The notes under the pieces were generated by a model, which saw nothing but the letters and a program-made list of their open reading frames with translations, was not told the origin of the DNA and did not search any database. From a bacterium (GTDB taxonomy: Bacteria; Krumholzibacteriota; Krumholzibacteriia; LZORAL124-64-63), in NCBI GenBank assembly GCA_031441465.1, contig JANOEP010000030.1:1-18579 (forward strand): a stretch of 18,579 nucleotides of DNA, in the 5' to 3' direction. Each line of letters opens with the position of its first letter. Within the stretch, counting starts at the first letter, position 1. Below are positions 7,308-15,548 of the stretch, one piece after another. Made by a program: the position numbers and the translations under genes.

Positions 7308-8449
7308 CCGGCGAGCGGCCCGTCTACCTGGACGTCAACGCCACGACGCCGCTGGATCCGCGGGTCGCCGAGACCATGCGCGCCGCCATGGAGTTGTTCG
7401 GCAACCCCAGCAGCGGCCATCTCTACGGACGGGAGGCCCGCGCGGCCCTCGACCTCGCCCGCGCCCGGGTGGCCGGGCTCCTCGGCTGCTCTCCCGCCGA
7501 AATCGTGTTCACGAGCGGCGGCACCGAGGCCAACAACCACGCGATCAAGGGCGCGGCCTGGGCGCGTGCGGACCGCGGCCGGCACCTCGTGATCTCGGCG
7601 GTGGAGCATCCCGCCGTGCACCGCCCGGTGGCCTGGCTCGCGGCCCGGGGCTGGGAGTCGACGACGGTCCCGGTGGACAGCGACGGCCGGGTCGACCCCG
7701 CGGACGTCGCGCGCGCGGTGCGCCCGGACACCGCCCTGGTCTCGGTCATGCACGCCAACAACGAGGTGGGCACGCTGCAGCCGATCGCGGAGATCGCCCG
7801 GGTCGCCCGCGCGGCCGGAGCCCTGATGCACGCCGACGCCGCCCAGTCCGCCGGCAAGGTCGCGGTGCGGGTCGGCGAGCTGGACGTCGACCTGCTGTCG
7901 CTCGCCGGGCACAAGCTCTATGGGCCGAAGGGCATCGGCGCGCTCTACGTGCGCAGCGGCGTGACGATCGAGAACTTGAGCCACGGCGCCGGCCACGAGT
8001 CGGGCCGCCGTGCGGGCACCGAGAGCGTCCTGCTGGCCGCGGGCCTCGGCGAGGCGGCGCGGATCGCCGCCGAAGAACTGGGCGCGGAGTTGCCCCGCTT
8101 GACCATGCTGCGCGACCGCCTCGAGGCCGCCCTGTGCGCAGGCGTTCCCGGCGCCGTGGTCCACGCCAGGTCGGCCGAGCGCCTGCCCAACACCCTGAGC
8201 CTCGGTTTCCCCGGCGCGCGCGCCGACCGGCTCCTGGCCCGGCTGGAGGGCGTGGCCTGCTCGGCGGGCGCGGCCTGCCACAGCGGCGGCGCGGACGTCT
8301 CGGCCGTGCTCGCGGCCATGGGTGCGCCGCGCGAGGCGGCGCTCGGCACGCTGCGCTTCTCGGTGGGTCGGTTCACCACCCGTGAAGACGTCGACCGGGC
8401 CGTGCCCCTGATCTTGGCCGCCGTCGCCGGTGCGCGACGGGAACCATGA
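7304..8449 (+). CDS. Cysteine desulfurase / selenocysteine lyase family PLP enzyme (class V aminotransferase, NifS/IscS group I), 381 aa
   Basis: Start reassigned to GTG 7304 (GTGA overlap with the upstream stop). Motifs YLDVNATTP, GNPSS, FTSGGTEANN, VEHPAV, MHANNEVG, HADAAQ, GHKLYGPKG (PLP lysine), CSAGAACHS (catalytic Cys) and LRFSVGRFTT. Confidence 0.93.
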   Translation: MTGERPVYLDVNATTPLDPRVAETMRAAMELFGNPSSGHLYGREARAALDLARARVAGLLGCSPAEIVFTSGGTEANNHAIKGAAWARADRGRHLVISAVEHPAVHRPVAWLAARGWESTTVPVDSDGRVDPADVARAVRPDTALVSVMHANNEVGTLQPIAEIARVARAAGALMHADAAQSAGKVAVRVGELDVDLLSLAGHKLYGPKGIGALYVRSGVTIENLSHGAGHESGRRAGTESVLLAAGLGEAARIAAEELGAELPRLTMLRDRLEAALCAGVPGAVVHARSAERLPNTLSLGFPGARADRLLARLEGVACSAGAACHSGGADVSAVLAAMGAPREAALGTLRFSVGRFTTREDVDRAVPLILAAVAGARREP

Positions 8450-8482
8450 CCCGGTCCTGGCCGATTATTTTCAGCCGCGCGT

Positions 8483-8511
8483 CAACTTTTCGGGAGCTCC
8501 TGCGTGTCTAA
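8483..8511 (+). promoter_or_regulatory. Candidate ECF (sigmaE-like) promoter for the DUF5916 gene
   Basis: cAACTT (8483-8488), 17-nt spacer, GTCTAA (8506-8511), resembling the GAACTT...GTCnAA consensus. Confidence 0.4.
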
Positions 8512-8553
8512 TGCTGCGTGACGGATTCCGGACACGAAACCAGGAGAACGACG

Positions 8554-11244
8554 ATGCCCCGACCGCCCCGAATTCCGCCCGCCGTCCGCATGACCCTGTT
8601 GCTGGTGGCGTCCCTGCTGGGATTGGCTCTGGCCGTCTCGCGGGCGCGCGCGCAGGACGGGCCAGGCGCGGGCCTGGGGCGCGTCGAGGCGTTGAAGCTC
8701 GTAGAACCCGTCCGCATCGACGGTGTCCTGGACGAAGCGGCGTGGCAACGGCCGACGGCCCATCCCCTGTACCAGAACGAACCCGACAACGGGGCGCTGC
8801 CGCGCCAGCCCACTGATTGGTGGGTGGCCTACGACGACGAGGCGCTGTACGTAGCGGCACGGCTGCACGAGAGCGCCCCCGAATCGATCCGCACCTGCCT
8901 GGGCCGGCGTGACTCGTGGCTGAAGTCGGACAGCGTATCCCTCGATTTCGATACCTACAACGACAACCGCACCGGTTTTTCCTTCTCGGTCAATCCTTCC
9001 GGCGTGATCGGCGATGCACAACTCTACAACGATGGCGCTGAAGACAGCACCTGGGATGGCGTCTGGGCTTGCGGCACGCGGATGGACGCGGGCGGCTGGA
9101 GCCTCGAGATGCGCATCCCGTTCGCGCAACTGCGCTTCTCCGACGCGCCGCAGCAGGTCTGGGGAATCAACTTCACGCGCTACTACTCGCGCTGCAACGG
9201 CCGCGAGGAACTGTTCCACCGGCCCCGCCAGGAGTCCGGGTACCTGAGCCGCTTCCCCGACCTAGTGGGGCTCGCCGGCGTGCAGCCGGTGCGCGAAGTC
9301 GAGGCGCTGGCCTACGGCACGGCCCGCGGCCGGTTCGAACAGATCGCCCCCGGCGACCCCTTCCGCTCGACGAGCGAGTACGACGCCGACGCCGGTCTGG
9401 ACCTACGCTACCGAATCACCAACGACCTGGCCGTCTCGGCCACGGTCAACCCCGACTTCGGTCAGGTCGAGGTCGATCCCGCTGTGGTCAACCTTTCCGA
9501 CGCCGAAACCTACTACCCCGAGAAGCGTCCCTTCTTCGTCGAAGATACCGGGACCTTCCGCTTCGGCCGCGAGGGCACCAACAACAACTGGAACTTCAAC
9601 TGGAGCGACCCGACGCCGTTGCACAGCCGCCGCATCGGCCGCTCACCGCAGCTGCGCCTGGGCGATCACGATCACGCCGACGTGCCCGGCACGGCGACCA
9701 TCCTGGGCGCGGTGCGCCTGGGCGGCACTGTGGGCGGAATGCGGATCGGGGCGATGAGTGCGTTGACCTCGGACGAACGGGCCCGGCTGTCGACGGACGG
9801 CTTCGCAGGCGAGCAGCTCGTCGAACCGCGAACCAGCTACAACGCCCTGCGCCTGCAGCGGACCTATGCCGGCGGCCGGCGCGGTCTGGGCCTGATGGCC
9901 ACCGGCGTGCTGCGCCGCCTCGATGATCCCGCAGCCCGCGACCAGCTCGCCGCGCAGGCGTGGTCGCTGGGGCTGGACGGCTGGACGCGCCTCGACACCG
10001 GCGGCACCTGGGCGCTGCGCGGCTACCTGATGGGCTCGCACATCAGCGGCGCGGCGCCGGCGCTGGACTTGGTCCAGCGCTCGGCACGGCGGTACTTCCA
10101 GCGTCCGGACGCGGACTACCTCGGCTACGATCCTACGCGCACCGTCCTGGAGGGTTGGATCGGCCGCGCCATGCTCAACAAGGAGAAGGGGTCCTTCACG
10201 CTCAACACCTCCATCGGTGCGGTGTCGCCCGGCTTCGAGATCAACGACCTGGGCTGGCTGTCCCGCTCCGACCGCGTCAACTCGCACCTGGCGGTGGGCT
10301 ACCGCTGGTCCGAGCCGACGCGCCTGTTCCGCGGCCGCTCCGTGTCCCTGGCTGGATATCGGACCTGGGACTTCGGCGGCCGGCCCGAGGACGTGGGCTT
10401 CGGCGTCTTCACCGGCGGCACCTTCGCCAACTACTGGGGCTTCGACGCGCAGGTCTTCGCCGCGCCGGACCGCTATTCGAACCACTACACCCGCGGCGGA
10501 CCGCGCATGGTCGTGCCGACCTACGCCAGCGCCGACTTCTCGTTCTACACCGACACGCGCCGGTCCACCACCGCGAGCCTCGGCGGCAGCTACGGCGAGG
10601 TCAGCGACAGCAGCATCTACTGGGGCCTGTGGTCCGAGGTCGCGGTGCGCCCCTCGGACGCGCTGCTGTTGACGTTCTCCCCGACGTACAACGCCACGCA
10701 CGAGGCGACGCAGTGGGTGACGCGCGTGGCCGACCCCCTGATGACCGCCACCTACGGCACCCGCTACGTCTTCGCGTGGATGGACATGCAGCAGCTATCC
10801 CTGACCACGCGCGTGGACTGGACCTTCACGCCGCGCCTGACGCTGCAGACCTACCTGCAGCCCCTGTTCGCCACGGGCCGCTACCGGGACCTCAAGGAGT
10901 TCATGCGGCCGAGCACCTACGATTTCGCCGTGTACGGCCGCCACGGCGGCTCGACGGTGGAGCGCGGAGAGAACGGCTCCTACGTCGTCGATCCCGACGG
11001 CGACGGGCCGGCGCCCGCCTTCACGGTCGCGGACCCGGATTTCAACCTCAAGTCGCTGCAGGTGAACTTCGTGCTGCGCTGGGAGTACGACCCAGGCTCC
11101 ACGTTCTACCTGGCCTGGACCCAGGGCCGCGCGAACTTCGACGATCCGGGCAGCATGGACCTGCGCCGCGACGTGCGCTCGCTGCTGGAGGCCCCGGGCG
11201 ACGACATCGTCATGGTGAAGATCACGCGGCGCTTCGGCATCTAG
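8554..11244 (+). CDS. Exported CBM9/DOMON-like plus DUF5916 domain protein, probably outer membrane, 896 aa
   Basis: ATG 8554 with RBS AGGAG (8542-8546). Signal peptide ends ARA|QD. N-terminal IDGVLDEAAW...YDDEALYVAA...WSLEMRIPF; conserved NPDFGQVEVDPAVVNLS..ETYYPEKRPFF and SRRIGR; aromatic-rich beta-strand-like C-terminal region. Confidence 0.85.
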   Translation: MPRPPRIPPAVRMTLLLVASLLGLALAVSRARAQDGPGAGLGRVEALKLVEPVRIDGVLDEAAWQRPTAHPLYQNEPDNGALPRQPTDWWVAYDDEALYVAARLHESAPESIRTCLGRRDSWLKSDSVSLDFDTYNDNRTGFSFSVNPSGVIGDAQLYNDGAEDSTWDGVWACGTRMDAGGWSLEMRIPFAQLRFSDAPQQVWGINFTRYYSRCNGREELFHRPRQESGYLSRFPDLVGLAGVQPVREVEALAYGTARGRFEQIAPGDPFRSTSEYDADAGLDLRYRITNDLAVSATVNPDFGQVEVDPAVVNLSDAETYYPEKRPFFVEDTGTFRFGREGTNNNWNFNWSDPTPLHSRRIGRSPQLRLGDHDHADVPGTATILGAVRLGGTVGGMRIGAMSALTSDERARLSTDGFAGEQLVEPRTSYNALRLQRTYAGGRRGLGLMATGVLRRLDDPAARDQLAAQAWSLGLDGWTRLDTGGTWALRGYLMGSHISGAAPALDLVQRSARRYFQRPDADYLGYDPTRTVLEGWIGRAMLNKEKGSFTLNTSIGAVSPGFEINDLGWLSRSDRVNSHLAVGYRWSEPTRLFRGRSVSLAGYRTWDFGGRPEDVGFGVFTGGTFANYWGFDAQVFAAPDRYSNHYTRGGPRMVVPTYASADFSFYTDTRRSTTASLGGSYGEVSDSSIYWGLWSEVAVRPSDALLLTFSPTYNATHEATQWVTRVADPLMTATYGTRYVFAWMDMQQLSLTTRVDWTFTPRLTLQTYLQPLFATGRYRDLKEFMRPSTYDFAVYGRHGGSTVERGENGSYVVDPDGDGPAPAFTVADPDFNLKSLQVNFVLRWEYDPGSTFYLAWTQGRANFDDPGSMDLRRDVRSLLEAPGDDIVMVKITRRFGI

Positions 11245-11298
11245 ATCGGCATCCAGTCTCCGCTGGCGCGGCCGAGGCGCGGCGCGTACGATGCGGCC

Positions 11299-12297
11299 AT
11301 GACCCACGCGACGGCATTCACCGCGGCGGCCCGCGTCCGCACGCCCCTGATCTGCGGCCCGATGTTCCCCTGCAGCAATCCCGAGCTGGTGGCCGCCGTC
11401 TCGGCGGCCGGCGGTCTCGGCGTGGTGCAGCCGATGTCCCTGACGTCGGTGCACGGCTGGGACTTCCGCGATGGCCTACGCCGGATCCGCGAGCTGTCGG
11501 GCGGCGCCCCGGTCGGGCTGAACGTCCTGCTCGAACACGGCTTCCGGCGCTACCAGCGGCGGTTGGACGCGTGGATCGACATCGCGCTGGAGGAGGATGT
11601 ACGCTTCTTCCTGACCGCCCTGGGCCACCCGCGCCTGATCGTCGACCGCATCCACGAGGCGGGCGGGCTCGTCTACCACGATGTGACGGGCAAGGGCTTC
11701 GCCGTCAAGGCCGTGGACGCCGGGGTCGACGGGCTGATCTGCGTCAACGACCGCGCCGGCGGCCACGCCGGGCGGCGCACGCGCGAACGGCTGTTCGAGG
11801 AACTCGCCGGATACGGGCTGCCCCTGGTCTGCGCCGGCGGCGTCGGCACGCCCGCGGAGTTCCGCGAGGCTCTGGACCTGGGCTACGCCGCGGTCCAGTG
11901 CGGCACGCGCTTCATCGCCACCGACGAGTGCACGGCCCACGCCGACTACACGGCGGCCATCCTGGCGGCCCGCACCGCGGACATCGTGCTGACCGAGAAG
12001 CTCACCGGCGTGCCGGTGTCGGTGATCCGCACCCCGACGATCGACAGGCTCGGCCTGGAGGCCGGCGGCCTCGCCAAGCGCCTGCTGCGCCACCCTCGCA
12101 CCAAGAAGTGGATGCGCGCCTGGTACCTGGGGCGCTCGCTGCGCCGGTTGCCCGCGGCCGCGCGCGGGGGAGGCGCCTACCGGGACCTGTGGCAGGCCGG
12201 GCGCAGCGTCGAGGGGATCGCTGAGGTGTTGCCGGCGGGCGAGGTGGTGCGCCGGTTCGCGGCGGCGCTGGACGAAGGGCGCCCGGGAGCGCCGTGA
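11299..12297 (+). CDS. Nitronate monooxygenase / FabK-like FMN oxidoreductase, 332 aa
   Basis: PLICGPM..CSNPELVAAVSAAGGLG, AVDAGVDGLI, AGGH (catalytic His), AGGV, GTRFIATDEC and WQAGRSV. Confidence 0.9.
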   Translation: MTHATAFTAAARVRTPLICGPMFPCSNPELVAAVSAAGGLGVVQPMSLTSVHGWDFRDGLRRIRELSGGAPVGLNVLLEHGFRRYQRRLDAWIDIALEEDVRFFLTALGHPRLIVDRIHEAGGLVYHDVTGKGFAVKAVDAGVDGLICVNDRAGGHAGRRTRERLFEELAGYGLPLVCAGGVGTPAEFREALDLGYAAVQCGTRFIATDECTAHADYTAAILAARTADIVLTEKLTGVPVSVIRTPTIDRLGLEAGGLAKRLLRHPRTKKWMRAWYLGRSLRRLPAAARGGGAYRDLWQAGRSVEGIAEVLPAGEVVRRFAAALDEGRPGAP

Positions 12298-12692
12298 AGA
12301 TCCTCTGTTCCTACTGCAGCGCCACGAAGCGCGAGGACGACGGCCTGCTGCCCGCCGTCGAGCGCTACCTCAGCGCGCGGCTGCGGGTCCTGTGGCTGCG
12401 GGGCCGCGCGCAGGGCACGCCCCTGTTCATCCTGTCGGGCGAGTACGGCCTGCTCGGCGCCGAGGAGCCCATCCCCTGGTACGACCACCTCCTGCAGCCG
12501 GACGACGTCGCTGCCCTGGCCGCCGACGCGGCGGCGCTCCTGCGCGGGTTGCACGTCGAGTCGGTGGCATACCACACGGCGCCCCTGGCGGAGTACCCGG
12601 CCGTGCGCCCCTACTTCGACGCGATCAGCGCCGCCTGCGCGGCGGCCGGCGTGCCGCTAACGGTGGAAACCCTGCCCGGAAACCTGCCCTGA
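12294..12692 (+). CDS. Small DUF6884/YaaA-like protein of unknown function, 132 aa
   Basis: GTG start overlaps the upstream stop (GTGA). Pattern CSATK...PAVERYLS...FILSGEYGLL...IPWYDHLL matches the family as I recall it. Confidence 0.7.
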   Translation: MKILCSYCSATKREDDGLLPAVERYLSARLRVLWLRGRAQGTPLFILSGEYGLLGAEEPIPWYDHLLQPDDVAALAADAAALLRGLHVESVAYHTAPLAEYPAVRPYFDAISAACAAAGVPLTVETLPGNLP

Positions 12693-13451
12693 CCGCACGG
12701 CGCCGATCACCGCCGCGAAGCGGCCCGCAGCCGCGCCCTCGCGGCGGTAGCTGTAGAAGAGGTCGTTGCGGCAGAGGGTGCAATAACCGGAGGTGACGAT
12801 GGAAGTGTCGGGCAGGCCGGCTTCGCGCAACTGCGCGCGGTTGGCGGCCCAGAGGTCGAAGTGGAGGCGGTCCTCGTGGGCGCGGAAGAATTCGACGGCG
12901 CCGGAACCGAGTTCCGACAGGGCGCGGTCGCGCACCTCTGCACCCACCTCGTAGCAGCAGGGGCCGGCCGAGGGGGCGATGCCCGCACGCAGGACCGCGG
13001 GATCGACCCCGGCCCGTGCGAGCGCGGCGATCAGGCGCGCGGTGATCCGCTGCACGGTCGAGCGCCAGGACGCGTGCGCCACGCCCCAGATCGGCGCGCC
13101 GTCGGGCCGCGCGCCGGCCACCAGCACCAACGGGCAGTCGGCGCTGCGGGCCATGACGCCCAGGCCGGGACGGTCGGTCCACAGGGCGTCGCCGGGGCCG
13201 GCGTAGCCGGGGACGTCGGCGTACAGGACCGTGTCGCCGTGGACCTGGAACGCCCAGGCGGCGCCGTCGAGGCCCAGCGAGGCGGCCAGCGCCCCGGCCG
13301 GCACGGCGTGCGACGGGTGGTGGGAGGGCTCGTCGCCGAGGTCGGGGCCGTCGCGCGTGGTCACGGTGTGCACCAGACCAGGCGCGGCGAGATGGGGGAA
13401 GACGCCGCGTCGGCGGCCCTGACCGTCGTCGACCAGAACGAAGCCGCTCAC
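12657..13451 (-). CDS. pgeF: PgeF/YfiH-family protein (peptidoglycan editing factor; purine nucleoside phosphorylase/polyphenol oxidase-like, DUF152), 264 aa
   Basis: Start reassigned to GTG 13451 (GTGA overlap with the Mur ligase stop). His-Cys-His triad motifs QVHG, SADCPLV and HASWR; also PSAGPCCYEVG and CTLC...FYSYRRE..AGR. Confidence 0.92.
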   Translation of the reverse strand: MSGFVLVDDGQGRRRGVFPHLAAPGLVHTVTTRDGPDLGDEPSHHPSHAVPAGALAASLGLDGAAWAFQVHGDTVLYADVPGYAGPGDALWTDRPGLGVMARSADCPLVLVAGARPDGAPIWGVAHASWRSTVQRITARLIAALARAGVDPAVLRAGIAPSAGPCCYEVGAEVRDRALSELGSGAVEFFRAHEDRLHFDLWAANRAQLREAGLPDTSIVTSGYCTLCRNDLFYSYRREGAAAGRFAAVIGAVRSGQVSGQGFHR

Positions 13452-14839
13452 TTCAATGTTCCTTCGGCCCGCCCGGCCACCGCGGCCAGGGCGTCGCGCG
13501 CCAGATCGGTGAGCGAGGGGTCGCGCGCGCCCATCACCAGCACCAGATCGCTCGCGCGGGCTTCGTCGGCGATCAGTCGCGGCAGGTCGGCGCGTTCCGC
13601 CGCGAAGCGGGCGTCGCGCCCGGCGGCCCGGACCCCGCGCACGAGGTCCTGCGAGGAGATGTCGCGGGTCACGGTGCCCCCGGCGAAGAAGATCTCCGGC
13701 AGCCAGAGCACGTCGGACGGCGCGAGCGCCTCGGCGAAGGCGGCGACGAGGTCGTCGCGCAGGAAACGCGTGGGTCCGAAACCGTGGGGCTGGAAGACGG
13801 CGAGGATGCGGCCGCCGCGCAGGCGGGCCGCGGCCAGCGCGGCGCGCAGCTTGTCCGGGTTGTGGGCGAAGTCGTCGACGACCGTCACGCCGCGCGCCGC
13901 GCCGACGATGCGGAAGCGCCGCGCCACGCCGCGGAAATCGCGCAGCGCGGCGGCGATCTGCGGCAGGGCGGCGCCGCACGCCTCGGCCACGGCGGTCGCC
14001 GCCAGCGCGTTGAGCACGTCGTGGCGGCCGGGCGTCGGCAACGCGAACTCGGTGCCGCCGACGCGGAAGCGAGAACCGTCGGGAAGCAGTTCCACCGCCT
14101 CGGCCCGCAGGTCGGCGCGCGGGCCGAACCCGAAGCGCACGTCGGGCCGCAGCTCGTCGAGGTTCGCGTCCTCGCCGCAGATCAGCGGGCCGGTCACGCG
14201 GTCGCGGAAGGCGCGGAACATCGCCGCCACCTCGGCGGTCTCCTTGTGGTCGCGCTGCAGGTTGAGCACCACGCCGCACCAGGGCTCGTAGCGCACCAGG
14301 CTGCCGTCGCTCTCGTCGGCTTCGACGACCAGCAGCTCGCCGGCGGGGTCGGCCCAGGCGTTGCCGGAGACGCCGCGCTCCTCCAGCTCGATCAGGGCGC
14401 CGCCGGTGATCACCGACGGCTTCAACCCGGCGCCGCGCAGGGCGGCGAAGGTCATGGCCACGACCGTCGACTTGCCGCTGGTGCCGGTGACGGCGATCGT
14501 GCGCCGCGCCTTCACGAAGCGGGCCAGCAGCTCGCTGCGGTGCAGCAGGGGCACCCCGCGCTCGCGCGCGGCGCGCACGTCGGCGTTGTCGTCCTCCACG
14601 GCGGTCGAGATCACCACGGCGTCGCAGCCGGCCGCCGCGCCGGACCCGTCCTGGGGCGTGATCACGACCCCGGCCGCGGTCAGCGCGGTGCGCAGCTCGG
14701 CGTTGCCGCCGCGGTCGAAGGCGCGGTCGCTGCCCGAGACGCGCCCGCCCAGCGCGGCGTGGTAGAAGGCCAGTGCGGACATGCCGCTGCCGCCGACCCC
14801 GATGAAGTGGTAGGCGGCCGGGCGTTCAGACGACGACAA
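13448..14839 (-). CDS. Mur ligase, divergent MurC/Mpl-like (UDP-N-acetylmuramate--amino acid/peptide ligase), 463 aa
   Basis: HFIGVGGSGMSALA, SGSD, P-loop GTSGKST, EADESDGS, LNLQRDH, DDFAHNP, VFQPHG and LVMGAR. TTG start is preceded by GAGGGG and overlaps the upstream gene by 14 nt. The exact substrate is uncertain. Confidence 0.88.
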   Translation of the reverse strand: MSSSERPAAYHFIGVGGSGMSALAFYHAALGGRVSGSDRAFDRGGNAELRTALTAAGVVITPQDGSGAAAGCDAVVISTAVEDDNADVRAARERGVPLLHRSELLARFVKARRTIAVTGTSGKSTVVAMTFAALRGAGLKPSVITGGALIELEERGVSGNAWADPAGELLVVEADESDGSLVRYEPWCGVVLNLQRDHKETAEVAAMFRAFRDRVTGPLICGEDANLDELRPDVRFGFGPRADLRAEAVELLPDGSRFRVGGTEFALPTPGRHDVLNALAATAVAEACGAALPQIAAALRDFRGVARRFRIVGAARGVTVVDDFAHNPDKLRAALAAARLRGGRILAVFQPHGFGPTRFLRDDLVAAFAEALAPSDVLWLPEIFFAGGTVTRDISSQDLVRGVRAAGRDARFAAERADLPRLIADEARASDLVLVMGARDPSLTDLARDALAAVAGRAEGTLK

Positions 14840-15380
14840 CGGGATCCCCCTCGTCGACGCACTCGAACAGGTTGAGCACGTCGGTGTTGCTCATGCGGAT
14901 GCACCCCTGGGAGACGGGCTCGCCGATGCGGTCCTCGTGGTTGGTGCCGTGGATGTAGATGAAGCGCGCCTCCGAGTCGCAGCCGGGGCCGCTGTTCACG
15001 CCCGCCTCGCAGCCCTGCAGGGTGAGGATGCGCGTCAGGATGAGGTCGTCCTGCGGCGCGGGCTCGCCCGGTCGCCACACGCCCTCGGGCTCGCGGCTGC
15101 TGAACCAGGTGCCGAGTTCCTGCCCGGCGCCGATGCGCCGCGCGATCCGGTGCACGCCCGGCGGGGTGCCGAAGGAGCCCTCGCGCCCGTTGATCCCGGC
15201 GGTGGCCGTCGAGACGCCGTAGACGCGGCTCGCGCGCCCGTCCTCGACCAGGACCAGGCACTGGTCGGCGACGCTCACCAGGAGCCAGCGCGGCGGCTCC
15301 TCCCCCAGGACGCGCCGGAGGCTCGCGAGCGCGTCGCGGTGCATCTCGCTGTCGATCAAGCCGTTGCCGCCGCGTTGCAT
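14826..15380 (-). CDS. YkuD-family L,D-transpeptidase/carboxypeptidase catalytic domain protein without signal peptide (ElsL-like), about 184 aa
   Basis: VSVADQ...YGVSTA...GTPPG...ILTRIL...IYIHGT...SQGCIRMSN (catalytic His and Cys). Start is ATG 15380 or 15344; neither gives a hydrophobic leader. Confidence 0.88.
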   Translation of the reverse strand: MQRGGNGLIDSEMHRDALASLRRVLGEEPPRWLLVSVADQCLVLVEDGRASRVYGVSTATAGINGREGSFGTPPGVHRIARRIGAGQELGTWFSSREPEGVWRPGEPAPQDDLILTRILTLQGCEAGVNSGPGCDSEARFIYIHGTNHEDRIGEPVSQGCIRMSNTDVLNLFECVDEGDPVVVV

Positions 15381-15548
15381 GAACCTGCCCCCCGGGTGGA
15401 TGCTCCCGGCGCGACCGTAACACCGGCCCGCCGCGCCGGGCAACGGCCGACTGCAAACAACTGTGAATTTGAAAACAGCGCGGCCGATGACCATGGTTGG
15501 TTTCCGGACCGCCCGTCCACCACCGATCCCCCCGCCCGCGGAGGAGCC

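Noticed and set aside
13452..14279. Apparent N-terminal extension of PgeF
   Set aside because: It is an out-of-frame overlap with the Mur ligase gene and translates to Arg-rich low-complexity sequence.
15461..15478. CTGTGAATTTGAAAACAG upstream of buk as a LexA or Rex site
   Set aside because: CTGT-N10-ACAG has the wrong spacing for proteobacterial LexA (N8), and only the left half matches the Rex consensus.
14937..15548. Apparent N-terminal extension of the PTA-Buk ORF, and the reciprocal extension of the YkuD ORF to 15689
   Set aside because: Each is antisense to the other real gene. A good RBS and ATG exist at 15549.
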